A stretch of DNA of 64,000 nucleotides from NCBI GenBank assembly GCA_016876035.1, contig VGOE01000002.1:1231-65230 (forward strand). Reading direction: 5' to 3'. This document shows, one piece after another, positions 1 to 8,485 of the stretch. Both the position numbers and the translations under genes were made by a program. How positions within the stretch are numbered: position 1 is the first letter of the stretch; each line of letters starts with the position of its first letter. This DNA is from Chloroflexota bacterium. Lineage in GTDB: Bacteria > Chloroflexota > Dehalococcoidia > UBA2247 > RBG-13-53-26. The notes under the pieces are model-generated. The model ran no database searches. It was not told the origin of the DNA and worked only from the letters and a program-made list of their open reading frames with translations.

Positions 1-119
1 CGGCACCCGGAGCTAAAGCTAAGAGTGTAGTCGGCCTGAGGCTTTGGAAAATTCTCGCTGACCGTCCACATTGGATTCCGTGTCAAGCAAGGAATGACAT
101 ACTATGTAGTGGCCGGGGG

Positions 120-2093
120 CTATGCAAGTAGCCCTCTCTGTTCCAAATCTGTGGCAATGTCTTCGAGACCTAGCTCCTCGAGCGTTTTCCTGGTCTGAAG
201 GCCTGTGGCCACATCCCAGCGCCTGAGCTGGTAATAGTCGCTTTTCATCCTCTCGAACGCCTCCCTGTCAACTACCGCGCCCTTCCGGGATATCACCTCT
301 CCGTCTTTGCCCGGCACCAGGCACTCAGGGTTCGACATCTCATATTGCAGGGGCACAGTATAGCAGTGGTCTGGAACCTGATCGGAATCCCGTCCCCCAT
401 GCCCCTCCCTGACTGCTATGGCCCTCAGCAGATTAAAGACTCTTTCGCCGATACCATCCAGTTCCTCTTTGTCTACCGCCACGCCGGTAACAGCAGAGAG
501 AATCTTGCTTTCTATTGTGGGGTCTCCCACGTGATCCTCCGATGATTCCAGGTCCATGATGGGCGACTGGAAATCACACAGGATAAGGCACTCCTTGGCT
601 GTCTGGCGATTCTGTATCTTCTTTGCGCCCAGCGCCTTTCCTTCGTAGGTGGAGAAATCTGCGGCCAACTCACTGCCCCAGAATCTGGCAGCAATCGCCC
701 GGGCGACACCGCTGGAGGCCAGGGCACCTTCACTTCCTTTGGCCCACAACAGCCACTTGGGTATGAGGGCACCAACCTCATGGAGTTGCACATTGGGTAG
801 TCTCGGCCCGATAGCGTACAGCAAGGCGGTGAGCGGATAGAGTCTCGGCCCATAAGTGTCGGTGTAGGCAGGGCCAGCCAGGTAGCCGATGGTATTCACC
901 TGCTCTAAAGCAGCAGGCCCTAGAGAATGAGCCGCTTTGGCCACCCCTTGAGCCAGTAGGTCTCCCAGACCTTCACGAAAGGATATTCTGTGGAACAAGG
1001 CATCCACAAACTCCAGAGTCCCCGCTTTAGATATGGGGATGCCCGCACTCTCGTCCGTCAGCACTCCAGCCCTGTAGCAGGATATAAGCCAGCCTATCAT
1101 GCGCTCAATACCCTTGGTGTCCAGCCCATAGTCATCGCAGAGCCTGGTGGCGTGGAAGGGCAAATCGCTGGGCATGTCCTTCCACGCTCCGTAGTACCAC
1201 ACAGCGTAGGGTTGATAGAACATGGCGGAGTGGCACATGTACTTGCCGGCCGAGCCGTTTTCAGCCTCATAGATTCCGCGAAAGCAGCCGGTGCAGCCGT
1301 AGCACGGGTCGAGCCGCTTCATCTTGTGGCTGAGGCTGGGCACCACGTCCCTCGAATAGCGCACTCCTGACATGGGGCCGCGGATTCTGCGCAGCCCACG
1401 GCGGTAGGCCTCCAGCTCCCGCAGCCTCTCTGGCTGGGCTACCTTCACGCCTTTGTCATCGCTCTGGACTGCAATTGCCTTTAGCCGCTTCGAGCCCATG
1501 ACGGCCCCCAGCCCCCCGGCACCGCAGGCATCGTTGTCGGCCACAATGGTAGCCATGACGGCCATGTTTTCGCCTGCTGGGCCGACGGCAGCGACGCTGG
1601 CTGAATTTCCTAACTCACCCTTAAGAATCTCCCCGGTCTTGACAGCGCCCTTCCCCCATAGTGCTGAAGCGTCCCTTATCTCGGCTACGTCATTGTGGAC
1701 GAAGAGGTAAACGGGCCTCTCAGATTTACCTTGAACTACGAGGGCGTCATAGCCAGCAAATTTGAGGTGTGCCCCCCACATCCCCCCGAGATTGCCATAG
1801 CAGAATTGCTCTGGAGTAGGAGCAGGCGATTTCCCACAAATCTGCCATCTGGAGCCGCCATTCAACCCGCGCACACCGGTCAAAGGCCCGGTGACGAACA
1901 CCAGCCTATTGTCTTCATGAAGAGCACCAACTTCTGGTGAGACCTGATCCCAATGTATCTTAGCAGCGAGGCCCCTGCCGCCCAGAAACCGGTCAACATA
2001 GTCCAGGTTGGACATCGTGGAGGCGGTCCCCGAGGACAAGTCCACCGTGAGTATCCGCCCGGCATATCCGAAATCTGCGCCTTTTGTGGTCAT
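120..2093 (-). CDS. Aldehyde:ferredoxin oxidoreductase (tungsten AOR family). The start is called at internal Met22 (MTTKGADFGYAGRIL), which has an AAAGGAGA Shine-Dalgarno sequence; the ORF-track start at 2156 is probably an upstream extension.
   Basis: The 678-aa ORF has AOR-family N-terminal (GRILTVDLSSG...) and C-terminal domains. The Shine-Dalgarno sequence lies 6-8 nt upstream of the ATG at 2093. Confidence 0.85.
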   Translation of the reverse strand: MTTKGADFGYAGRILTVDLSSGTASTMSNLDYVDRFLGGRGLAAKIHWDQVSPEVGALHEDNRLVFVTGPLTGVRGLNGGSRWQICGKSPAPTPEQFCYGNLGGMWGAHLKFAGYDALVVQGKSERPVYLFVHNDVAEIRDASALWGKGAVKTGEILKGELGNSASVAAVGPAGENMAVMATIVADNDACGAGGLGAVMGSKRLKAIAVQSDDKGVKVAQPERLRELEAYRRGLRRIRGPMSGVRYSRDVVPSLSHKMKRLDPCYGCTGCFRGIYEAENGSAGKYMCHSAMFYQPYAVWYYGAWKDMPSDLPFHATRLCDDYGLDTKGIERMIGWLISCYRAGVLTDESAGIPISKAGTLEFVDALFHRISFREGLGDLLAQGVAKAAHSLGPAALEQVNTIGYLAGPAYTDTYGPRLYPLTALLYAIGPRLPNVQLHEVGALIPKWLLWAKGSEGALASSGVARAIAARFWGSELAADFSTYEGKALGAKKIQNRQTAKECLILCDFQSPIMDLESSEDHVGDPTIESKILSAVTGVAVDKEELDGIGERVFNLLRAIAVREGHGGRDSDQVPDHCYTVPLQYEMSNPECLVPGKDGEVISRKGAVVDREAFERMKSDYYQLRRWDVATGLQTRKTLEELGLEDIATDLEQRGLLA

Positions 2094-2257
2094 CGCTATC
2101 TCCTTTTCGTTTGGGACTTCGTGGGACATCTTATCCCATGAACATCGCCCCAGCATCTCATGAAGTGAGACCCTTAGCTACGCTCAGGGTGACAGCATCA
2201 ATAGGTGTCATTCTGATCCGTCCGCAGGCGGAGAAGAATCTGGGTTGTTGGGCAGAA

Positions 2258-2719
2258 CTAGCCCTCCGTGGCGAACTTCTCCTTGTGCACATGTTTCACG
2301 ATTGTTCTCTTTATTTTCCACTCGCCCTTTTCCTTCACATACTCGTCTTCATAGTAGCCGTAGCCCCTGGTCCCTTTGCCGTTCTGGCGATTGAGCAAGT
2401 AGTCGTTTAGCGCCCATGTGGCCCTGGCGGTTGTGTTGCTGGTTATTTCAATCTCAGCATTGTGACCATGGTGTACAGTCACGATATGGTCCACACCCAG
2501 TCCTTGCTTCAAGAAATCCACAATGGGCTTCCCACCTTCAACGAAGATGTTTCGCTCGTGTTCTGCCAGCACGGCATCCGCGGTAAAACAGCCGACCATT
2601 TCGTCCCAGAGCTTCGTGTCAAGGAAGCGAAAATACCTGGCCTTCAGTTTCCTGATAGCCTCGATTTCCTCCAGAGCGCGGGGCTTTTCACTCGTTTCTC
2701 TACTTGCTGACTCAGACAT
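2258..2719 (-). CDS. SnoaL-like / NTF2-like domain protein (about 153 aa). The long 378-aa ORF is trimmed to the internal Met that has a GGAGG Shine-Dalgarno sequence.
   Basis: The C-terminal 153 aa (MSESASRETSEKPRALEEIEAIRKLKARYFRFLDTKLWDEM...) look like a SnoaL polyketide-cyclase-like fold. The upstream 225 aa are Cys/Arg/Gly-rich, look non-coding, and overlap the promoter region of the divergent SDR gene. Confidence 0.6.
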   Translation of the reverse strand: MSESASRETSEKPRALEEIEAIRKLKARYFRFLDTKLWDEMVGCFTADAVLAEHERNIFVEGGKPIVDFLKQGLGVDHIVTVHHGHNAEIEITSNTTARATWALNDYLLNRQNGKGTRGYGYYEDEYVKEKGEWKIKRTIVKHVHKEKFATEG

Positions 2720-3037
2720 GTTGGTATCCTCCCTTCGAATTCCTTCAATTCGTAAGCGGGCTGTAAGTGTTCTGGACACACCTCTCATAGGGACAGAGAC
2801 ACCCTGTTGTGTGTGCCCCCATTCTAGTCGCTTGCCTTCCCATCCGTCAATCTCGCTCATAGCATTAACAACTCCGTGCAGGGCATGCCGCCTCGCTTCG
2901 ATGTGCCGTGACTGTCGCGGCAGTCTTGCCCCGGTTGTAGCCGAAATCGGATATGGTGCGTAAGTTGACAGCCCGCAGTGCTTCCCATATCCTACGGGCG
3001 TGGGAAAGACATTATTGCCAGAAAGGAACGTGAAACT

Positions 3038-3844
3038 ATGGGCAGGCAGACAATAGCCGAACTCTTCGACCTGAAGGGGAAGGGTGCTGTGGTGACCGGT
3101 GGCGCCATGGGCATCGGGCAAGCCATCGCCTTCAGACTGGCCGAGGCTGGCGCCAACGTTATGATCACCGATATCGCAATGGAGGCAGCCAACCAGACGG
3201 TAGAGCAGATTAAGGCCACAGGAGGCAAAGCCTGGGCTATTCAAGCCGACGTCAGTTCGGCTGCCGACGCCAGGAAGATAGCAAAGACTGCAGTAGAGGT
3301 ACTGGGCAGCCTGGACATACTGGTCAACAATGCGGGCGTCTACCCCTGGTCGCCTGTCATGGAGATCACGGAACAGATGTGGGACAGAACACACGATATC
3401 AACCTCAAAGGGGTCTTTTTCTGTTCCCAGGCAGCGGCTACGGAGATGATCAGAGCTGGCCGCGGGGGAAAGATCATCAACATAGCCTCGAAAGACGGCA
3501 TAAACCCAGGGGGCAATGCTGCAGCCTCATACGTTGCCTCCAAGGGCGGAGTGATCATGCTCACCAAGGCCCTGGCACTGGAACTGGCACCTCATAATAT
3601 CCTGGTCAATGCCGTGGCCCCAGGTGGCATTGTGACGCCAGGTGGCAAAGGAATGGCGCGCGACCTCAGAGCGAAAGGGGTGGACCTCGTGGAAGTGGGC
3701 AAGAGGGCCAAGGAGCGCACGCCCTTGGGCCACGCCGGCGAACCTGATGATATTGCCAAGGTGGTACTCTTCTTGGCCAGTGCGGCGGCGGACTATATGA
3801 CCGGCAGCCTGCTGCTGGTGGACGGAGGATACCTGTTATCGTAA
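3038..3844 (+). CDS. SDR-family short-chain dehydrogenase/reductase
   Basis: It has the TGGAMGIGQAIA Rossmann motif, an NNAG motif and Y/K catalytic residues. Start MGRQTIAELF is preceded by AAAGGAA. It is a paralog of 24323..25129. Confidence 0.85.
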   Translation: MGRQTIAELFDLKGKGAVVTGGAMGIGQAIAFRLAEAGANVMITDIAMEAANQTVEQIKATGGKAWAIQADVSSAADARKIAKTAVEVLGSLDILVNNAGVYPWSPVMEITEQMWDRTHDINLKGVFFCSQAAATEMIRAGRGGKIINIASKDGINPGGNAAASYVASKGGVIMLTKALALELAPHNILVNAVAPGGIVTPGGKGMARDLRAKGVDLVEVGKRAKERTPLGHAGEPDDIAKVVLFLASAAADYMTGSLLLVDGGYLLS

Positions 3845-4081
3845 TTAGGCGAGGCCATGTCTCAGCAGATGGGTTCTCAATGCGGCATTGAACTCAAGGT
3901 TGATATCACCCATTTCTGGGAAACATTCCTTGGGCAACTATGCCGACTCGGTTCCCCGCCTTCGCCCCCCTAAATTCTTATAAAATCTTTATAACTTTTT
4001 CGTACCTTCCTCGTGCCTTTTTGTAGACAATTGCGTACCGTTGTGTTCAAATATAGTTTCGTTGTGTGAACACTGTGGGTT

Positions 4082-4103
4082 AAGTGACATAAGTCAATCA
4101 CTT
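4082..4103. promoter_or_regulatory. A perfect 6-bp inverted repeat AAGTGA-N10-TCACTT lies in the roughly 500-bp 5' region of the cNMP operon; nearby TGTGA motifs make it a candidate operator.
   Basis: The repeat was read directly at 4082-4103. A TGTGAACACTGTGGG motif lies just upstream at about 4065-4080. The regulator is unknown. Confidence 0.25.
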
Positions 4104-4339
4104 GTGAGATGGGCTATCGTGGCAATATTCCTTAACAATATACGCTTCACGATGGGCGAGAGTGATTAGTTGCCATTGGGCAGCGTGAAGTGCCAAAGCA
4201 GCCACTGGCAGCAGTGCTGAGATTAACTGGCTTCGTTCGGCATGAAAGTCTGAGTTGTCAAACATACTCGATGGCACAGTATTGACAATCTCTAGATCGG
4301 TAGCGCACCTGAAACCGTCGGCAGAGGGGTGATCTTGAA

Positions 4340-4732
4340 ATGGTTGAGCTTCCTTATGATAGGTTCATACGGGCTTATACCAAGGACGATATGGTATTCA
4401 AGGAGAACAACCCCGGGAAAGAAATGTTCATCGTCCGTTCAGGGAAGATACACCTGTATAAGGAGCGGCAAGATGGAAGAATCCTCCTCGCCGCTGTTCA
4501 CGAGGGAGAGTTTTTTGGGGAGATGTCTCTCGTGGATAACAGTCCTCGGTCTGCCACTGCCATCGCCGCTGAGGATACCGAGCTCATTGTTCTCGACGAA
4601 CCAAAGTTCCTTTATCTTCTCCACCACCAACCCGAGTTTGCTCTGGTCGTCATGCAAAAACTGTGCGAGACTCTGCGTCGGGTGACGGATGGATGGGCGC
4701 ACGAAAGACAAAATGGAAACATCCTTCCCTAA
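4340..4732 (+). CDS. Stand-alone cyclic-nucleotide-binding (CAP-effector-type) domain protein with no DNA-binding or other output domain
   Basis: It carries the canonical phosphate-binding cassette FFGEMSLVDNSPRSATAIA. It is only 130 aa. Confidence 0.75.
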   Translation: MVELPYDRFIRAYTKDDMVFKENNPGKEMFIVRSGKIHLYKERQDGRILLAAVHEGEFFGEMSLVDNSPRSATAIAAEDTELIVLDEPKFLYLLHHQPEFALVVMQKLCETLRRVTDGWAHERQNGNILP

Positions 4733-5477
4733 AGAACTGAGACCCAATATATATCAGCTACCGGCAGAAAAACCTGGGAGCCATGTCTACCTCATAAAAG
4801 GAGAAGCCAAGAATCTACTCATCGATACTGGGGTTACCGCCAAGTTCGCTCAGCTTGCCAGCCAGTTGCAGAAATTGGGCCTGGGTGTAAAGGATATACA
4901 TTTCGTCATTCTCACTCACGAACACTTCGACCACATAGGGGCCACCACCTTTTTCGATACGGCGGTTATTGCGGCTCACGCCCTGGCCGCAAACAAGATC
5001 GAACTTCAAGATGAGTTTGTAACCTACAACAAATACTTCAATATTCCCTCCAAGCCTTTCTATGCCAACCTCTGGCTGGAGGACAAGATACTGGTAGACC
5101 TGGGCAACTATAAGTTACAGGTACTTCATACCCCGGGACACAGCTCAGGATGCATCTGTCTCTATGAGCTTAGGGAGAAGGTGCTTTTCTCCGGAGATAC
5201 CGTTTTCTCTGGCGGGCTTCTTTCAGATATTGGTAGCTCGGGTAATATCAGCGACTATGTAAGTTCGTTACAGCGATTGGCTAATCTCAAAGTGGAAGCG
5301 CTTTACCCTGGACACGGGCCTATCTCTTCTGCTCCTGGAGAAGACATCAGTCGAGCGGTGGCATACGCCCGCACGATGATGGAGGAATCGAAACTACTTT
5401 TTGAAGCCCTGGCGAAGAGCGAGTCCCGACTGAAGGTCTTGAAAAAGTTTGGTAAGAAGCCTATTCAAACGGAATAA
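4689..5477 (+). CDS. MBL-fold metallo-hydrolase. The start is ambiguous between 4689 and 4713, and the ORF overlaps the 3' end of the cNMP-binding gene.
   Basis: It has the THEHFDHIG (HxHxDH) motif and downstream His/Asp ligands (HTPGHSSG, SGD). It may be translationally coupled to the upstream gene. Confidence 0.75.
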   Translation: MDGRTKDKMETSFPKELRPNIYQLPAEKPGSHVYLIKGEAKNLLIDTGVTAKFAQLASQLQKLGLGVKDIHFVILTHEHFDHIGATTFFDTAVIAAHALAANKIELQDEFVTYNKYFNIPSKPFYANLWLEDKILVDLGNYKLQVLHTPGHSSGCICLYELREKVLFSGDTVFSGGLLSDIGSSGNISDYVSSLQRLANLKVEALYPGHGPISSAPGEDISRAVAYARTMMEESKLLFEALAKSESRLKVLKKFGKKPIQTE

Positions 5478-6567
5478 CGCGCCCGGCTACAAGAGCCAGA
5501 AGTGGAGGTGGACCATCAAACTGGGAAAATTTGCACTAGGCATAGTCGGTTCACTGGCGATAGTACTCCTCGGTATTCATTTCCTCCTTCCCTCCTTTTC
5601 CCGCTCGGCTCTCTCTCTTCCTCTGTCAACGAAACTAACTGTCATCTCGCATGATGTGTTTGTGAAAGAGGGGGATTCGGGAAATTGGGAGAGGATAGCA
5701 ACAGAGGCAAGCCTAAAAGAAGGGAACTGGGTGAAGACTTCCTCCAAAGGGCGGGCTGTTATCACCTTCTTCGAAGGTAGCTCCACCGAGATTGAGCCTG
5801 ATACCGTTGTCTGCCTTGAAGAATTGTTCTCAACTCTCAAAGGTTCCAGCACAATAAGGCTGAATCAGCAGGCGGGCCACACATGGAGCAGCGTGGGAAG
5901 ACTCTTTGACCCAGCGTCACGCTTTGAGGTAACGACGACAGCGGCTGCAGCAGTAGTGCGAGGCACACTTATTGGTATTGATGCAGAAGAAGATGGACAC
6001 ACTACAGTCAAGGTTTTTGCAGGCGAGGCAGGGGTCAGAGGTGAAGGGCATGAGGTAACTGTATCTGCTGGCTGGCAAACCACAGTCAACCCTGGTCAAC
6101 CACCATCCCCTCCCTCCCTGATCCCTCCCCCATCACGCCAGCTCACCGTGTCTATAGGCTTATCTGCCTGGCTTCAGATAATTGACCCCCTGGGCAGAAA
6201 CACCGGCATGATTCCCCCGGGGTTCGGGGTTAACCGGATCCCCTTTAGCATTACCACGATTGCCGCCGAGGAGCAAACTGTGACTATAAATGATCCTGTG
6301 GCTGGAAAATATTTCATTGCCTTTTATGCGCAGGATAATGGCTCAGTTCGAGTGACTGCCAAGGCCACTTCACAGAATGGGTTCAGTCAGCAAGAAAACC
6401 GAGAATTGGAGGTTAAGAAAGGCTGGGGTTACTACATTTCACTGGAACTGGATGTTGATGAGCAAGGGGTTATCACGTCTCTGGTTTCTGGGGAGGTTAG
6501 GGCCCTGGAGCCTGGCTTCGTCGCCGACAAGTTTTATGGCATCAAATACAGGCCTTATGACTCATGA
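5449..6567 (+). CDS. FecR-domain membrane protein, the usual partner of CHASE2 sensors. The only in-frame start is a TTG at 5449.
   Basis: A single N-terminal TM helix (FALGIVGSLAIVLLGIHFLL) is followed by a FecR-like region (VITFFEGSSTEIEPDTVV), then a Pro-rich linker and an uncharacterised C-terminal domain of about 150 aa. It lies directly upstream of the CHASE2 cyclase. Confidence 0.6.
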   Translation: MVRSLFKRNNAPGYKSQKWRWTIKLGKFALGIVGSLAIVLLGIHFLLPSFSRSALSLPLSTKLTVISHDVFVKEGDSGNWERIATEASLKEGNWVKTSSKGRAVITFFEGSSTEIEPDTVVCLEELFSTLKGSSTIRLNQQAGHTWSSVGRLFDPASRFEVTTTAAAAVVRGTLIGIDAEEDGHTTVKVFAGEAGVRGEGHEVTVSAGWQTTVNPGQPPSPPSLIPPPSRQLTVSIGLSAWLQIIDPLGRNTGMIPPGFGVNRIPFSITTIAAEEQTVTINDPVAGKYFIAFYAQDNGSVRVTAKATSQNGFSQQENRELEVKKGWGYYISLELDVDEQGVITSLVSGEVRALEPGFVADKFYGIKYRPYDS

Positions 6568-6651
6568 CAGTTTCCAACCGAATGCCGGAACATAAGGAGG
6601 ACCAGATGTGCTTGTCTGCCAATGCCTTATTGGGATTAGGGACGAGCTAAC

Positions 6652-8436
6652 ATGTTTTCCTATCTAAAAAGCCTTCTACGAAAAGGGACGAGAAAACAAA
6701 GGAGGTTACGAAACCACTCTCTAATCCTGTTGAGCTTAGGAGTAGTTTTTGGGCTGATTGTCTTTTCCATCCAGCCCTTCAGTAGCTTCAATTGGCGGCT
6801 TAAGGATTCTCTCTTCAACTCCAGAGCACCTACACCTGACATTGTCATTGTTGCCATTGACGACGAGACCTTACAGACTTACGGAAGGCTGGGCGACTGG
6901 TCCCGTTCCCTGCACGCCCAGGCCATAGATAATTTGAAAGCAGCCCAGGCAGAGGTAATCGGCTTTGATGTGCTATTCGCCGAGCCAGCAGAGGGCGATA
7001 CCGACCTGGAAGCAGCGATATCGGATGCCGAGAATGTCATCATGCCGGTTGTGGGTACTGGTCTTTTGAAGACAAAAGGAGAGGTTGTCTTCAATGATTT
7101 TGTTACCCCCACCACGGCTTTTTCCAGTGTCCCCGCCGCTCTCGGGCATGTTAACGTGCTTGTTGATGGTGACGGGACGGTACGCCGCCTCCCTGTCATC
7201 GCTAGTGATGTTTCTGGGGGAACCTATTCCTCTTTCTCCACAGCCATAGTTTCGGTGGCACGGGGCGAGCCTCCCCCCGATATCCCTACGGACAGCTCCA
7301 GGGGCATGCGCATTAATTATGTTGGTGGTCCTGGATCCTTTCCCCGCATCTCCTATAAGGACGTGATCACGGGGGATTTCGACCCACGGTTAGTTAGAGG
7401 AAAGATAGTGCTTATTGGCACAACCGCTGTAGGTAGTGGAGACTTGTTTAGCACCCCTGCCCCTGGTGGGCAAATGTATGGCGTCGAAGTACACGCAAAC
7501 GCCATAGATACCATTATCACAGGTAAATTTGTTGCCGATTCCGGGGGTGGAATTACTTTGCTGGCCATCCTCCTCACGGCAGCAGTATGTGGCGTGTTTC
7601 TGCCGCGATTGACGTTGCGGAGGAGCGGCCTGCTCACCGCGGCACTCCTCGGAGCCTTCATTGGGGCTGTTATTGTGTGTTTTGGCAAAGGCTATATGCT
7701 AGACATCATTTACACCCCAATAGCACTCGCCCTCTTCTTCGTAGGCGTGGTCCTCTGCCGCGTGACCGCTGAGATGGCCGATAGGCAGGAGGTCACCGGC
7801 CTTTTCGGCAAGTATGTCTCCCCGCAGGTTGCCGGGGCTATCATTGCGATGGCTGATAAGGATGAGCTGACTCTCACTGGCGAGAAACGTGAGGTAACGG
7901 TCCTTTTTGCGGATATGCGTGGGTTTACCAAACTCAGTAGCGGACTGGAGCCTGGTAAGGTCGTTGACATACTCAACACCTACTTTTCAGTTATCATCGA
8001 TTGCATCAATGCCAATGGCGGAATGGTTAATAAGTTTGCTGGTGACAACATAATGGCCATCTGGAACGCTCCCCAGAGCCAGCCAGAGCACGCTTTTCTG
8101 GCGGTCAAGGCAGCTCTTGAGAGCCAAAAAGCCATAGACGAGCTCAACCGAAAGTCAGGTCATGTTTCCCCGGTGGAATTTGGCATAGGTATCAATACTG
8201 GGGAGGCGACCGCTGGGAGCATAGGTTCCAAAGGAAGAGCGGAATACAGTGTAATTGGAGATACGGTTAACCTTGCGTCACGTATTTGCGGCGCTGCACC
8301 CGGAGGGCGAGTCTGGATAGGTTGGCAAAGTTATAAGAAAGTAAAGGAGAACGTGGTGGCAAGCCAACTCGAACCACAACACTTCAAGGGGAAAGAGGAG
8401 GCTTTTGCGGTTTATGAGGTAAGAGCCCTCGTGTGA
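6652..8436 (+). CDS. CHASE2-sensor adenylate/guanylate cyclase (class III nucleotidyl cyclase)
   Basis: An N-terminal TM helix and a periplasmic CHASE2-like domain are followed by three or more TM helices. The C-terminal cyclase domain carries LFADMRGFTKLS, KFAGDNIMAIWNAP and GINTGEATAG motifs. Confidence 0.85.
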   Translation: MFSYLKSLLRKGTRKQRRLRNHSLILLSLGVVFGLIVFSIQPFSSFNWRLKDSLFNSRAPTPDIVIVAIDDETLQTYGRLGDWSRSLHAQAIDNLKAAQAEVIGFDVLFAEPAEGDTDLEAAISDAENVIMPVVGTGLLKTKGEVVFNDFVTPTTAFSSVPAALGHVNVLVDGDGTVRRLPVIASDVSGGTYSSFSTAIVSVARGEPPPDIPTDSSRGMRINYVGGPGSFPRISYKDVITGDFDPRLVRGKIVLIGTTAVGSGDLFSTPAPGGQMYGVEVHANAIDTIITGKFVADSGGGITLLAILLTAAVCGVFLPRLTLRRSGLLTAALLGAFIGAVIVCFGKGYMLDIIYTPIALALFFVGVVLCRVTAEMADRQEVTGLFGKYVSPQVAGAIIAMADKDELTLTGEKREVTVLFADMRGFTKLSSGLEPGKVVDILNTYFSVIIDCINANGGMVNKFAGDNIMAIWNAPQSQPEHAFLAVKAALESQKAIDELNRKSGHVSPVEFGIGINTGEATAGSIGSKGRAEYSVIGDTVNLASRICGAAPGGRVWIGWQSYKKVKENVVASQLEPQHFKGKEEAFAVYEVRALV

Positions 8437-8485
8437 GCCTCCTCGGCAAGAACACATAACACTGGCTATCAGGAGGAAGACAAAG

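Noticed and set aside
2094-2156. An N-terminal extension of 21 aa on the AOR ORF (MLGRCSWDKMSHEVPNEKEIA)
   Set aside because: Met22 has a strong AAAGGAGA Shine-Dalgarno sequence and begins the conserved AOR N-terminus. The upstream Met has no ribosome-binding site.
2720-3394. The N-terminal 225 aa of the 378-aa ORF at 2258..3394 (-)
   Set aside because: The composition is non-protein-like (Cys/Gly/Arg/His-rich). It runs through the divergent SDR promoter and into the SDR coding sequence. An internal Met with GGAGG at 2719 gives a clean SnoaL-like protein of about 153 aa.
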